From Actinomycetota bacterium (lineage in GTDB: Bacteria > Actinomycetota > Acidimicrobiia > Acidimicrobiales > Ilumatobacteraceae): DNA of 52,538 nt. The translations under genes were made by a program, and so were the position numbers. This document shows, one piece after another, positions 1 through 10,290 of the stretch; within the stretch, counting starts at the first letter, position 1; the number at the start of each line of letters is the position of its first letter. The notes below the pieces were generated by a model. It had not been told where the DNA came from. It saw only the letters and a list, made by a program, of their open reading frames with translations, and made no database searches. Location: assembly GCA_005793215.1 (NCBI GenBank), contig SXPV01000071.1, positions 1-52,538 of the forward strand. The letters are read 5' to 3'.

Positions 1-750
1 GACGTTGTCGCCGACGTTGTCGGCAAAAACGGCCGGGTTGCGCGGGTCGTCTTCTGGGATGCCTGCATCAACTTTGCCTACCAAGTCGGCACCGACGTCG
101 GCTGCCTTGGTGAAGATGCCGCCACCGACGCGCAGGAACAAGGCGATGAGCGAACCACCGAATCCGAAGCCGACAAGCATCGCTGACGAGGTGTTCTGGA
201 ACAGCGCGATGATGATCGTGGCACCGAGCAAACCGAGTCCCACGGTGAACATGCCGGCCACTCCACCGGTGCGGAACGCAACTTCGAGTGCTTCTCGCAT
301 CGACCCACGACGCGCAGCGGCAGCGGTACGGACGTTTCCGCGAGTCGCGAGTGTCATACCGATGTAGCCGGTGAGTCCCGACGCCACGCAGCCCAGCAAG
401 AAGGCGATGGTGCGGAAGATGCCCGACGACACGAAGCTCAGTGCGGTATCACCGTTCGGCTTCTCGATCGCCACGGAGGTGACGAACACGATGACTGCCA
501 CCGGTACGAGAATCATGCCGATGGTTCGGAACTGTCGCTTGAGGTAGGCCCATGCACCGACCTGAATCGCCGTGGCAATTTCCTTCATCTTCGGCGTGCC
601 TTCGTCCTGGGCCAGCACCGACTTCACGAGGAAGAGGCCAACGGCCAATGCCAAGAGCGATGCCGCTCCCGAGAGACCAAGGACAAGCCATTCTCCTCCG
701 CGGAGGGTGAAGTCCTGCCAGCCGCCTTCTGATGCCAAGAGAGCAGTCAC
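1..750 (-). CDS. hppA: Membrane-bound proton-translocating pyrophosphatase, N-terminal about 250 codons; the rest lies beyond the window edge
   Basis: Not in the ORF track because it is open at position 1. My translation of the minus strand from GTG at 750-748 gives VTALLASEGGWQDF..GTPKMKEIATAIQVGAWAYLKRQF..GGGIFTKAADVGADLVGKVDAGIPEDDPRNPAVFADNVGDNV with no stop. These are the signature motifs of membrane pyrophosphatases. Confidence 0.9.
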   Translation of the reverse strand, partial: MTALLASEGGWQDFTLRGGEWLVLGLSGAASLLALAVGLFLVKSVLAQDEGTPKMKEIATAIQVGAWAYLKRQFRTIGMILVPVAVIVFVTSVAIEKPNGDTALSFVSSGIFRTIAFLLGCVASGLTGYIGMTLATRGNVRTAAAARRGSMREALEVAFRTGGVAGMFTVGLGLLGATIIIALFQNTSSAMLVGFGFGGSLIALFLRVGGGIFTKAADVGADLVGKVDAGIPEDDPRNPAVFADNVGDNV

Positions 751-773
751 GATAAATATTCCTTGCTACGAGA

Positions 774-801
774 GGGGTCGCCTGAGGCGAACCCCGTTTT
801 A
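774..801 (+). promoter_or_regulatory. GC-rich hairpin followed by GTTTTA, terminator-like on the plus strand, in the hppA/sdhC divergent intergenic region
   Basis: ggggtcgcc tga ggcgaacccc gtttta read directly from the sequence: a 9-bp stem with one bulged A, a 3-nt loop and a short T-run. Confidence 0.35.
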
Positions 802-900
802 TGGGTCTCAAAGAGTGTAGAGAATGTAGAGGCAGGCCGCTTGATGTGGGTGAGACGGGCTTCACGCCCCGAACGCGGACGAGGAGTTCTGGGTGAGGCG

Positions 901-1701
901 ATGACAGAACTAGCGTCATCAACGGACTTACTGCTCATGGCCACTTCTTCAGCCCCCGTTCGCGAGCCGGTGACCGGCACTGCAACGGCGCCACGCGTGC
1001 GACGACCATTCTTGTTGGATTTGTACGCCACCGCAGTGGGCAAGAAGTACGCGATGGCCATCTCGGGAATCGCCCTCATGGGTTTCGTGCTGTTCCACAT
1101 GATCGGCAACCTGAAGATGTACTTCGGTGCAGCCGACCTCAACGAGTACGCCGAGTTCTTGAAGAAGTTGCTCTACCCATTGGCACCGAAGGAGTCCGTG
1201 TTGTGGATTCTTCGTCTGGGGCTCATCGGGATGTTGGTTCTCCATCTGCACGCTGCCTGGTCGCTCACCATGCTGAATCGTCGTGCGCGTCCGGTTCGCT
1301 ACCAAAGTGCGCGGGACTATCAGGAAGCGTCGTTGGCGAGTCGCTCCATGCGCCTGTCGGGAATCGTGGTGCTGGCATTCATCGTCTGGCACCTGCTCGA
1401 CCTCACCTTCGGTGTGGTGAACACCGTCGGTGCTGATGGCGAGTTCGTGCGGGCCGAGGTGTACGCCAACGTGGTGCGCAGCTTCGAGCGTTGGCCCGTT
1501 GCTCTGTTTTATGTGGTGGCGAATCTGCTCCTTGGTTTGCACCTCAGTCACGGCGTGTGGAGCATCTTCCAGTCGCTTGGTTGGAACAACCCCCGATTCA
1601 ATGCCTGGCGAACCGCGTTCGCCCGAGGTTTTGCCGCGGTCGTGGTGATTGGCAACGTGTCGTTTCCCATTGCAGTAACACTCGGAATCGTCAGCGTCTG
1701 A
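901..1701 (+). CDS. sdhC: Succinate dehydrogenase / fumarate reductase cytochrome b membrane anchor (b558-type, single large anchor subunit)
   Basis: Track ORF 763-1701. Multi-TM protein with His-bearing helices ([41 protein letters not shown]), immediately upstream of sdhA and sdhB. Start placed at ATG 901; TTG 763 and ATG 937 are alternatives. Confidence 0.75.
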   Translation: MTELASSTDLLLMATSSAPVREPVTGTATAPRVRRPFLLDLYATAVGKKYAMAISGIALMGFVLFHMIGNLKMYFGAADLNEYAEFLKKLLYPLAPKESVLWILRLGLIGMLVLHLHAAWSLTMLNRRARPVRYQSARDYQEASLASRSMRLSGIVVLAFIVWHLLDLTFGVVNTVGADGEFVRAEVYANVVRSFERWPVALFYVVANLLLGLHLSHGVWSIFQSLGWNNPRFNAWRTAFARGFAAVVVIGNVSFPIAVTLGIVSV

Positions 1702-1714
1702 ACGGGGTAGCCAC

Positions 1715-3664
1715 ATGACCATGCTCGAAGATCGTTCCACCACCAACGCAAAGCTCAATTCCAAGGTGCCCACAGGCGCATTGGCCGACAAGTGGGACAC
1801 GTTCAAGGCGAACGCCAAGTTGGTCAACCCCAACAACAAACGCAAGTTCAAGGTGATCGTCGTTGGTACGGGTTTGGCCGGTGCCTCGGCTGCGGCAACG
1901 CTTGCTGAACTCGGGTATCAGGTTGATGCCTTCACCTTCCACGACTCGGCACGACGCGCGCACTCCATTGCTGCTCAGGGCGGAATCAATGCGGCCAAAA
2001 ATTATCAGGGGGACGGCGACAGCGTGTCGCGTCTGTTCACCGACACCATCAAAGGTGGCGACTTCCGTTCGCGTGAAGGAAACGTGTATCGACTGGCGCA
2101 AGTATCGGTGAACATCATCGACCAGATGGTTGCCCAAGGTGTCCCATTTGCCCGTGAGTACGGCGGGCTCCTCGACAACCGAAGCTTTGGTGGTGCGCAG
2201 GTGAGCCGCACGTTCTACGCCCGCGGTCAGACGGGTCAGCAATTGCTCCTTGGTGCGTATCAGCAGCTGTCGCGACAAATCGGTTCGGGTGGCGTGCGGT
2301 TGTTCAATCGCTGTGAGTTGGTCGACATCGTCGTAATCGACGGACGCGCCGCCGGGATCGTGACGCGGGACTTGCTCACGGGTCAAGTCACCAGTCATGC
2401 TGCGCATGCCGTGGTGCTCGCCACCGGTGGATACGGCAACGTGTACTTCCTCTCCACCAACGCGATGAACTGCAACGTCACTGCCGCATGGCGAGCACAT
2501 CGTCGTGGCGCATATTTTGCCAACCCGTGTTATACGCAGATCCACCCCACATGCATTCCGCAGGCCGACGAAACACAGTCGAAGCTCACGTTGATGAGCG
2601 AATCGTTGCGGAACGATGGTCGCGTGTGGGTACCGAAGAACGCCGACGAAACTCGTCCTGCACACCAGATTCCGGACGAGGACCGCGACTACTACCTCGA
2701 GCGGCTTTATCCGTCCTACGGCAACTTGGCACCTCGAGATATCTCTTCGCGCGCCGCCAAGCGCTTGGTGGACAAGGGTCAGGGTGTCGGCCCGCTGAAA
2801 AACGGCGTGTATCTCGACTTCTCGGCTGCCATCAATCGTCTGGGCCGCAACGTCGTGGAAGAGCGTTACGGAAACTTGTTCGAGATGTATGAGCGCATCG
2901 CTGGCGAGAACCCTTACGAAGTACCCATGCGCATCTACCCTGCGACGCACTACACCATGGGTGGTTTGTGGGTGGACTACGAACTGCAAACCACGATTCC
3001 TGGTTTGTATGCGGCTGGTGAAGCCAACTTCTCCGACCACGGAGCAAACCGACTGGGTGCAAGTGCCTTGATGCAGGGTTTGGCCGACGGCTACTTCGTG
3101 CTTCCGTACACCATCAGCAACGGTTTGGCCCCACTGCTCAACAAGAGCGTGCCCGGCACCGATCACCCGGAGTTCAAGCGTGTGGAAGCCGAGGCGCGCG
3201 ACCGCTATCAGGCGTATCTCAACGTGAAGGGAACTCGGTCGCCCGACTACTTCCACCGCGAACTCGGCAAGATCATCTGGGACTACTGCGGTATGGAACG
3301 CGATCGCAACGGTTTGGAAAAGGCAATCAGCGAGATTCCGGCTCTGTACGACGAGTTCAAGAAGGACCTTCGAGTAACCGGTACGGGAGAGGGCGTGAAT
3401 CAAACACTGGAGAAGGCGGGTCGCGTGGACGACTTCTTCCAGTTGGGCATGCTCATGTGCAAGGATGCGCTCACACGCGAAGAGAGTGCCGGTGGCCACT
3501 TCCGCGTGGAGTATCAGACCGCCGAAGGTGAGGCACAGCGAGACGACGAGAACTTCTGTCATGTCGCCGCCTGGGAGTGGACCGGCGATGCGAACAATGC
3601 GACGCGTCACGAGGAGCAGTTGTCGTTCGAAACTCTGCAACTTGCCACGAGGAGCTACAAGTGA
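1715..3664 (+). CDS. sdhA: Succinate dehydrogenase / fumarate reductase flavoprotein subunit
   Basis: 649 aa. FAD Rossmann [14 protein letters not shown], covalent-FAD His context [36 protein letters not shown]. Lies between the anchor and Fe-S subunit genes. Confidence 0.95.
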   Translation: MTMLEDRSTTNAKLNSKVPTGALADKWDTFKANAKLVNPNNKRKFKVIVVGTGLAGASAAATLAELGYQVDAFTFHDSARRAHSIAAQGGINAAKNYQGDGDSVSRLFTDTIKGGDFRSREGNVYRLAQVSVNIIDQMVAQGVPFAREYGGLLDNRSFGGAQVSRTFYARGQTGQQLLLGAYQQLSRQIGSGGVRLFNRCELVDIVVIDGRAAGIVTRDLLTGQVTSHAAHAVVLATGGYGNVYFLSTNAMNCNVTAAWRAHRRGAYFANPCYTQIHPTCIPQADETQSKLTLMSESLRNDGRVWVPKNADETRPAHQIPDEDRDYYLERLYPSYGNLAPRDISSRAAKRLVDKGQGVGPLKNGVYLDFSAAINRLGRNVVEERYGNLFEMYERIAGENPYEVPMRIYPATHYTMGGLWVDYELQTTIPGLYAAGEANFSDHGANRLGASALMQGLADGYFVLPYTISNGLAPLLNKSVPGTDHPEFKRVEAEARDRYQAYLNVKGTRSPDYFHRELGKIIWDYCGMERDRNGLEKAISEIPALYDEFKKDLRVTGTGEGVNQTLEKAGRVDDFFQLGMLMCKDALTREESAGGHFRVEYQTAEGEAQRDDENFCHVAAWEWTGDANNATRHEEQLSFETLQLATRSYK

Positions 3665-4437
3665 GTCACACCCTGAAGAACCTCACCGTCAAGGTCTGGC
3701 GCCAGGACGGACCAACTGCCAAAGGCGATTTCGAAACCCACGTCATCGACTCCATCACCGATGAGGCGTCGTTCCTGGAGATGTTGGATGTGCTCAACGA
3801 GCGGCTCATTTCGCAGGGCAAGGAGGCAGTGGTATTCGACCACGACTGTCGTGAAGGCATCTGTGGAACCTGTTCGTTGATGATCAATGGTCAAGCACAT
3901 GGTCCGCAACGTGCCACCACGACGTGCCAGTTGCACATGCGTTCGTTCAAGAGCAACGACACGATCGTGATCGAGCCTTGGCGTGCCGGCGCATTCCCCA
4001 TCGTGAAGGACCTCATGGTGGATCGTTCGGCGTTCGACCGCATCGTGGAATCGGGCGGTTACATCACGTCGCCCACCGGTGGAGCACCGGACGCCAACCT
4101 CATTCCAGTGCCAAAGCCCGTGGCTGATGCAGCGATGGATTCCGCAGCTTGCATCGGTTGCGGGGCGTGTGTGGCAGCGTGTCCGAACGGTGCGGCCAAC
4201 TTGTTCGTCGGTGCCAAGATTGCGCACCTCAACTTGTTGCCCCAAGGTCAGGCCGAGCGCTACAAGCGCGCCGAGGCGATGGTCGACACGATGGACGAAC
4301 ACTTCGGCTCGTGCACTAATCATGGGGAGTGCTCTGCTGCGTGCCCGAAGGAGATTTCGCTCGACGTCATCGCGTTGATGAACAAGGACTATCGCTCAGC
4401 GAAATTCAAGAATCGCAAAGAGTTGTCGCGCAACTAG
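3661..4437 (+). CDS. sdhB: Succinate dehydrogenase / fumarate reductase iron-sulfur subunit
   Basis: Cys clusters [25 protein letters not shown] and [13 protein letters not shown]. Start taken at GTG 3661, which forms a GTGA overlap with the sdhA stop; the track maximum extent is 3577. Confidence 0.9.
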   Translation: MSHTLKNLTVKVWRQDGPTAKGDFETHVIDSITDEASFLEMLDVLNERLISQGKEAVVFDHDCREGICGTCSLMINGQAHGPQRATTTCQLHMRSFKSNDTIVIEPWRAGAFPIVKDLMVDRSAFDRIVESGGYITSPTGGAPDANLIPVPKPVADAAMDSAACIGCGACVAACPNGAANLFVGAKIAHLNLLPQGQAERYKRAEAMVDTMDEHFGSCTNHGECSAACPKEISLDVIALMNKDYRSAKFKNRKELSRN

Positions 4438-4528
4438 CAACATCGTTTGCTTCGCCGAGAAATTGGCGCACGTACGCGTATGCGGTACGGTCAGGGTCAG
4501 CCGTGTGGCTGAACTACGGTGAATATCC

Positions 4529-5143
4529 GTGCTGAACGACCTTGCTGGCTGGGTGCAGGATGTCATCGAGCAACTGGGTGCCCTTGGTGTGGCATTGCTG
4601 GTCATCCTGGAAAATGTGTTTCCGCCGATTCCATCGGAGATCGTGCTTCCCTTTGCCGGCTTTGTTGCACAACGTGGCGACGGGTCGGTCGTGGTGATGA
4701 TCCTTGCGGCTACGGCGGGAGCGGTCATTGGGGCACTCGTGTTGTATGCGATTGCTGCATTGATCGGCGATGTGCGACTTGCGGCTTTCATCGAAAGATT
4801 TGGAAAGTGGTTTGGCGTCAAACCCTCCGACCTTGCACGTGCCGAGGCATGGTTCGACCGCCATTCGGCTGCGGCTGTCTTGCTGGGTCGCTGCGTTCCG
4901 CTGATTCGTTCGGTGGTGTCGATTCCTGCTGGATTCCGACGCATGCGTTTGGTGCCTTTCGTGGCGTATACCGCCGTAGGCAGTGCCGCATGGAATACGG
5001 CACTCATTGGGGCCGGCGCAATTCTCGGTGACCAGTGGGACAAGGTTGAGCCGTACGTTGCCGTGCTGCAGTACGTGGTGATTGCGGTGATCGTGCTCTT
5101 CGTGGTTCGTTTTGGCGTGATGAAATGGCGCCGCCGCGTCTAG
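4529..5143 (+). CDS. DedA / SNARE-associated family inner membrane protein
   Basis: 204 aa, multi-TM. ENVFPPIPSEIVLPFAGF near the N-terminus and CVPLIRSVVSIPAG later match the DedA pattern as I remember it. Confidence 0.8.
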   Translation: MLNDLAGWVQDVIEQLGALGVALLVILENVFPPIPSEIVLPFAGFVAQRGDGSVVVMILAATAGAVIGALVLYAIAALIGDVRLAAFIERFGKWFGVKPSDLARAEAWFDRHSAAAVLLGRCVPLIRSVVSIPAGFRRMRLVPFVAYTAVGSAAWNTALIGAGAILGDQWDKVEPYVAVLQYVVIAVIVLFVVRFGVMKWRRRV

Positions 5144-5197
5144 CCGATTCTCGAGGACTTCGCACACGCGTCTAGTGTCGACGACGGAGGTTCAGTC

Positions 5198-5935
5198 GTG
5201 GGTGAACTCAGCGGGAAGGTCGCAATCGTTACTGGATCCTCGAGCGGAATCGGTGAATCCACGGCTCTTCGACTTGCCGAACTTGGTGCACACGTGGTGG
5301 TGAACTCCTCATCGTCGGTCGAAGCCGGCCAGAAGGTTGCGGCCTCGCTCGCGACCAAAGGTGCGTACGTGCAAGCCGACATTAGTGACCAAGCACAAGG
5401 CAAACGGCTGATCAAGGAAACGATCGACACCTTCGGCCGTCTCGACATCCTGGTGAACAACGCTGGTTGGACCACACTCGTGCCGCACAACGACCTGGAC
5501 GGCCTCACCGACGAGATCTTCGACAAAACATTCAAGGTGAACGTGTATGGAACATGGTGGCTCACCAAGGCGGCCATTCCACACCTGCAAAAGAGTGATG
5601 ACGGCAACGTGGTGAACATCACCTCAATTGCCGGGGTTCGCCCAGTTGGAAGTTCTATGGCGTACTCGATGACCAAAGCGGCACTTAACCACATGACGTT
5701 GTTGATGGCGAAGTCGTACGGACCAATTCGTTTCAATGCAGTGGCGCCAGGTTTGGTGCAGACCCCGTGGACGCAGGACTGGGGTGTCATGCATGATTTC
5801 GTTGCAAAGACCGCACCCATGAAGCGCTCGGCTTACGCCAGCGACTGCTCGGAGGCGGTGCTCGGCATCGTTCGCAACCCGCACATGACCGGGCAGGTGC
5901 TCGTGATTGACGGTGGGTTTACGCTCGTATCGTGA
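5198..5935 (+). CDS. Short-chain dehydrogenase/reductase (SDR) family oxidoreductase
   Basis: GKVAIVTGSSSGIG cofactor motif, NNAG, catalytic YSMTKAAL (YxxxK). GGAGG ribosome-binding site upstream of GTG 5198. Confidence 0.85.
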   Translation: MGELSGKVAIVTGSSSGIGESTALRLAELGAHVVVNSSSSVEAGQKVAASLATKGAYVQADISDQAQGKRLIKETIDTFGRLDILVNNAGWTTLVPHNDLDGLTDEIFDKTFKVNVYGTWWLTKAAIPHLQKSDDGNVVNITSIAGVRPVGSSMAYSMTKAALNHMTLLMAKSYGPIRFNAVAPGLVQTPWTQDWGVMHDFVAKTAPMKRSAYASDCSEAVLGIVRNPHMTGQVLVIDGGFTLVS

Positions 5936-7386
5936 CGACCGTACGTCAGTACAGCTCGAATCTGCCTGGAGCCGACGCTCACCCGTATCGAAGTGGCGCG
6001 TGGCGGCCCCAAACCAAAGAGCACACCACTCGTGACATGAAGGTGTCCGGCGAGATCCCGCGTGACTTGAACGGCGTGTATTTGCGCAACACCGAAAACC
6101 CACTCTTTGAATCAATTGGTCGTTACCACCCCTTCGACGGCGATGGAATGATCCACATGATGTCGTTCTGCGACGGTGAGGTGGAGTATCGCAATCGCTT
6201 CGTGCAAACTGATGGTCTGCGAGCCGAAGTCGATGTCGGACACGCATTGTGGGCAGGTCTTGCGGAGCCGCCGAGTAAGTCGCTGCGCGATGGCTCGTGC
6301 GCGCGTGGCCGAATGAAGGATGCCTCGAGCACCGACATCGTGGTGCACGCAGGTGTCGCGCTCTCGAGTTTTTATCAGTGTGGTGACCTGTACCGACTGG
6401 ATCCGCACACGTTGGACGGTCTCGGCAAGGAAACGTGGGGCGGTGAGTTTCCTGCTGCAGGAGTTTCGGCGCACACCAAAGTTGATGAACGCACCGGAGA
6501 ATTGTTGTTCTTCAACTATCAAACCACCGCACCGTTCCTGCACTACGGAGTGGTGTCGGCCGAGCGCCAATTGGTGCACTATGTTCCCATCGATTTGCCG
6601 GGTGCGCGCTTGCCACACGACATGGCCTTTACGCCGAACTACTCCATTCTCAATGACTGTCCGTTGTTCTGGGATCCCGACTTGATGGGGCGTGGTATCT
6701 ATGCCACCCGCTACTACCGCGACATGCCGATGCGCATCGGCATCATTCCGCGTTTTGGTGCGTCACAGGAGATTCGTTGGTTCGAGTGCGAATCCACGTT
6801 CGTATTGCACTGGATCAATGCGTGGGAGGAGGGCGACGACGTGGTGTTGGACGGCTACTTCGAAGACGACCCGTCACCGCGAGTCGCAACCGATTCCACC
6901 GTCGAAGCGAAGATGTTTCGCTATCTCGACCTGCACTCCATGAAGTCGCGACCGTACCGTTGGCGCTTCAACATGCGCACTGGGCAAGTGACGGAAGGGT
7001 ATTTGAGCGAGACCATCACCGAGTTCGGGATGATTGATCAAACCCGTGCGGGATTGCCCTATCGCTACGTGTATTCGGTGGTGCCGACGAAAGGAATGTT
7101 CACCTTCGATGGACTCATCAAACACGATGTGCGTACCGGGAGCGAAGAAGTGCTGATGTTCGGCAACGGTGTAGTCGGCAGCGAAACTGTCGTGGCGCGC
7201 AAACCAAATGCCACTGATGAAGATGACGCATGGCTTATCACTTTCACCTCCGATGTTCCCAACGATGTGTCGAACTGCCTGGTGTACGACGCAAAAGCAT
7301 TGAGTGCGGGGCCAGTAGCAACCGTGCAACTACCGGAACGAATCTCCAGCGGCACCCACGCTTGCTGGGCGGCAGCACGTAGTTGA
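5932..7386 (+). CDS. Carotenoid cleavage oxygenase (CCD / RPE65 / lignostilbene dioxygenase) family protein, copy 1
   Basis: 484 aa. YLRNTENPLFE..YHPFDGDGMIHMMSF, HDMAFTPNYSIL, FVLHWINAWEE and a C-terminal SSGTHACW are typical of the family. GTGA start/stop overlap with the SDR gene. Confidence 0.85.
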   Translation: MTTVRQYSSNLPGADAHPYRSGAWRPQTKEHTTRDMKVSGEIPRDLNGVYLRNTENPLFESIGRYHPFDGDGMIHMMSFCDGEVEYRNRFVQTDGLRAEVDVGHALWAGLAEPPSKSLRDGSCARGRMKDASSTDIVVHAGVALSSFYQCGDLYRLDPHTLDGLGKETWGGEFPAAGVSAHTKVDERTGELLFFNYQTTAPFLHYGVVSAERQLVHYVPIDLPGARLPHDMAFTPNYSILNDCPLFWDPDLMGRGIYATRYYRDMPMRIGIIPRFGASQEIRWFECESTFVLHWINAWEEGDDVVLDGYFEDDPSPRVATDSTVEAKMFRYLDLHSMKSRPYRWRFNMRTGQVTEGYLSETITEFGMIDQTRAGLPYRYVYSVVPTKGMFTFDGLIKHDVRTGSEEVLMFGNGVVGSETVVARKPNATDEDDAWLITFTSDVPNDVSNCLVYDAKALSAGPVATVQLPERISSGTHACWAAARS

Positions 7387-7401
7387 GTGAGAGCACTACC
7401 G

Positions 7402-8604
7402 CTACAAGTCGTTGAGTGAACGCAACGACACGATGGTTGCAGCCGTTAGCGCGAAAAGTCCCAAGACGATGCTGAACGTCGCGCGAAGTCCCAATGCTTC
7501 GATACCCCAGCCGACGAGGAGCTGTCCAACCGGCGGTGCTGCGTACACCAACGACATCTGCAAGCCATAAACGCGGCCTTGCAGGGCCGAATCGATTCGT
7601 TTCTGTACCACGGTGTTCCACAGTGGATTGAACGGACCCCACGCCATACCCGTCACGAGTGCCAGCACTGCAAACACCGAGGTGCCCGGGAGGAAGCCCA
7701 TTGGCAAGAGTGCTGCTGTCGACATCACGATGATCATTCGCAGCAGTGTGGAGGTTCGGATTCGTTCTGCAAGTCGCCCATAGGCAAACGCACCGATCAC
7801 CACTCCAAGAGCCACCGCTGACATCACAACGCCGAGACCAACTGCGTTGTCCTGCGATTCGAAGTGTGTCGGCCAAATCACGGTGTCAATCGGCATGTAC
7901 AGACCACTCATCACGGTGAGTCCGAGAGTGAACGCGAGCAGGGCTTTGTCGGATCGCAAGATGGAAAAACCACCATGGAGTGCCTTCCAAAACGGCTCGG
8001 CAGTTTCGTGGTGCTCACTGCGTTGTTCGCGCACTCGCATGGACCGAACGGCAAGTGCCGCAAGCAAAAAGAGCGCACTCGTGCTCGCAAACGCCAGAGT
8101 CGGTCCACCGAAGTTGATACACCAGGCCCCAGCCGCTGGGCCGAGCATCCAACCGATGGCAAAGAATCCCTCGTGTCGACCGTTCGCCTTCTCTACATTC
8201 ATGCCTGCAGAGACGGCTGCATTCGGAATGAGGGACTTTCGCGCGGTATAACCGGCAGGATCGAACACGGCACCGAGCACCGCAAACAATGCGATGAAGA
8301 CGAATTGCAGATCGGTGACTACTTCACCTACGACGAAGAGCAATGCCGAGAGACACGAGAGTACGTCGGAGAGTGCCGAGACGGCTCGCCGCCCCACACG
8401 GTCGATGAGCCCACCGACTACCGGCGACACGAAGATGCCCGGAAGACTCACCAATGCAGCAAGGAGACCGGCACGAGCCGGAGAACCCGTTCGCTCCAGT
8501 ACCAACCACGGCACGGTGATCATCACCACGCCGTTGGCGACACCCGACGAGAGGTTTGCTACTTGCAGTCGAACGAATGCCGACCGTTGTAAAACCTCGC
8601 TCAC
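7402..8604 (-). CDS. MFS transporter
   Basis: 400 aa, about 12 TM. GGLIDRVGRR loop motif between TM2 and TM3. 4-bp overlap with the upstream luciferase-like gene. Confidence 0.8.
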   Translation of the reverse strand: MSEVLQRSAFVRLQVANLSSGVANGVVMITVPWLVLERTGSPARAGLLAALVSLPGIFVSPVVGGLIDRVGRRAVSALSDVLSCLSALLFVVGEVVTDLQFVFIALFAVLGAVFDPAGYTARKSLIPNAAVSAGMNVEKANGRHEGFFAIGWMLGPAAGAWCINFGGPTLAFASTSALFLLAALAVRSMRVREQRSEHHETAEPFWKALHGGFSILRSDKALLAFTLGLTVMSGLYMPIDTVIWPTHFESQDNAVGLGVVMSAVALGVVIGAFAYGRLAERIRTSTLLRMIIVMSTAALLPMGFLPGTSVFAVLALVTGMAWGPFNPLWNTVVQKRIDSALQGRVYGLQMSLVYAAPPVGQLLVGWGIEALGLRATFSIVLGLFALTAATIVSLRSLNDL

Positions 8605-9353
8605 CGCGTAGAGGCTACGAACTTCTCCACTGCGCTGAGGTCATACGGCTTGCTCAACATCACGATCATGTGATCGGCACCGGCTGCTGCGTACTCGTCG
8701 ACTTTCTCCAACTCTTCCGGGCGTACGGCGACCGTTCGCTCGATGTCCTTGGGATTGCGACCGACCTTTGCGCACCACTCATTCAGAATGTCGTTCTTCT
8801 TCTTGAAGTTGTCGGGAGGACCGAATGTATTGAGTTGGTCGGCGTGCTGTGCGACAAGTCGCAAGGTGACTTTCTCGCCACTGCCACCGATCATGAGCGG
8901 AATCTTGCCGTTCACTGGACCGGGATTGAGTTTGGCCATGCGTTCCTTGATGACGGGGAGTCCGGACTCGAGAATCTTCAAGCGCCCTGGAGCGGTTCCG
9001 AATTCGTAGCCGTACTCGGTGTAGTCGCGCTCGAACCACCCGGAACCAATCCCGAGGATGAACCGGCCATTGCTGATGTGGTCGATGGTGCGTGCCATGT
9101 CGGCGAGCAATTGGGGGTTGCGGTACGAGTAGCACGTCACGAGTGCACCGATGGTTGCATGCTTGGTGTCGGCCGCCATCGCGGCAAGCAACGTGTAGCA
9201 CTCAAAGTGTTCAGCATCGGGGTCGCCGAACAACGGATAGAAGTGGTCCCATGTCCACAAACTGTCGACACCGAGGTCGTCGGCGCGCTTCCATGTGTCG
9301 CGCATGGCTTGAACGGTGGTCGCCTGGGGCTGGATTTGTACGCCGATCTTCAT
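8601..9353 (-). CDS. Luciferase-like monooxygenase (LLM) class oxidoreductase, probably F420-dependent
   Basis: 250 aa. MKIGVQIQPQ..DDLGVDSLWTWDHF..GRFILGIGSGWFERDYTEYGYEF resembles the short LLM-class F420-dependent oxidoreductases of Actinobacteria. Confidence 0.75.
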   Translation of the reverse strand: MKIGVQIQPQATTVQAMRDTWKRADDLGVDSLWTWDHFYPLFGDPDAEHFECYTLLAAMAADTKHATIGALVTCYSYRNPQLLADMARTIDHISNGRFILGIGSGWFERDYTEYGYEFGTAPGRLKILESGLPVIKERMAKLNPGPVNGKIPLMIGGSGEKVTLRLVAQHADQLNTFGPPDNFKKKNDILNEWCAKVGRNPKDIERTVAVRPEELEKVDEYAAAGADHMIVMLSKPYDLSAVEKFVASTR

Positions 9354-9375
9354 GCGCTCAACCTAGCCTGACCAG

Positions 9376-10290
9376 GTGCCGCAATCACCAGCGCTCGCAA
9401 TCCGTAACGTGACCAAGCGATTTGGTGACTTCGTTGCAGTAGACGATTTGTCGATTGAAGTGCAGCCGGGAACCTGCCTGGGGTTGCTGGGTCCGAATGG
9501 TGCGGGAAAGACAACCTTGATGAGAATGATCACGGGTCAAACGGGCTTGAACGGGGGATCCATCTCGGTGCTCGACTTTGACGTAGCGACGCAGAGCCGT
9601 GACGCACGTTCGGTTCTGGGAGTGTGTCCGCAGCAGGACAACATGGACGACCAGCAAACGGCACGCGAGAACCTTGCCCTGTGGGCGGCATTGTGCCGAG
9701 TGCCTCGCGCACGGCGCAAGGAGGCAGTGGCAAAGGCGCTGGCGACGGCGCAACTCACCGATCGTGCAAGTGAGCGAGTTACCAACTTGTCGGGTGGAAT
9801 GCGTCGGCGGCTTCTCCTCGGGCGGGCATTCATCAACTCACCCAAGGTGGTCTTGCTTGATGAGCCGACCGTTGGTCTGGATCCGCAGGTGCGGAGTGAC
9901 CTGTGGTTGATCATCGACGGAATGCGACGAAGTGGCGTCACCGTCGTGATGAGCACTCACTACATCGAGGAGGCTGAACGTCTTGCCGACGACATCGCCA
10001 TCGTGAATCATGGACGAGTAATTGCCCGTGGTACGCCGCAGCAACTACGCGAACAGTACGTCGGGTTGGAAGCTGTCGAATACTTCGGGCCTCCCGAGGT
10101 GCTGGACGAGATTGCGGCGAAGGCTGTACACGCTGGGCTGAAGTCGCGGCGTGCTGGCTTGAGTATCTCCGTGCTGGGAGTAGAGGGAACTGCGACGGAA
10201 TTGCTCGATTCGTGGGGTCGTCTATCGCGGCGACCAACGAACCTTGAGGACGTATTTGTGTTGCTGACGGGAGAGTCTCTCGATGGCTAG
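9376..10290 (+). CDS. ABC transporter ATP-binding protein (DrrA / ABC-2 exporter type)
   Basis: Walker A GPNGAGKTT, signature LSGGMRRRL, Walker B VVLLDEPTVGLD. Confidence 0.9.
   Translation: MPQSPALAIRNVTKRFGDFVAVDDLSIEVQPGTCLGLLGPNGAGKTTLMRMITGQTGLNGGSISVLDFDVATQSRDARSVLGVCPQQDNMDDQQTARENLALWAALCRVPRARRKEAVAKALATAQLTDRASERVTNLSGGMRRRLLLGRAFINSPKVVLLDEPTVGLDPQVRSDLWLIIDGMRRSGVTVVMSTHYIEEAERLADDIAIVNHGRVIARGTPQQLREQYVGLEAVEYFGPPEVLDEIAAKAVHAGLKSRRAGLSISVLGVEGTATELLDSWGRLSRRPTNLEDVFVLLTGESLDG

Noticed and set aside
5-367. 120-aa plus-strand ORF at the window start, together with the 157-aa ORF at 449-922 and the 82-aa ORF at 572-820
   Set aside because: All overlap the minus-strand pyrophosphatase reading frame, which carries unmistakable family motifs. 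Their translations are Pro/Ser/Ala/Arg-rich with no motifs.
1691-3640. 649-aa minus-strand ORF exactly mirroring sdhA, which is also 649 aa
   Set aside because: It is antisense to a gene with unambiguous SdhA motifs. Its translation is Arg/His/Val/Gly-rich with no motif. This is a typical shadow ORF produced by GC3-biased codon usage. The 300-aa ORF at 949-1851, antisense to sdhC, is rejected for the same reason.
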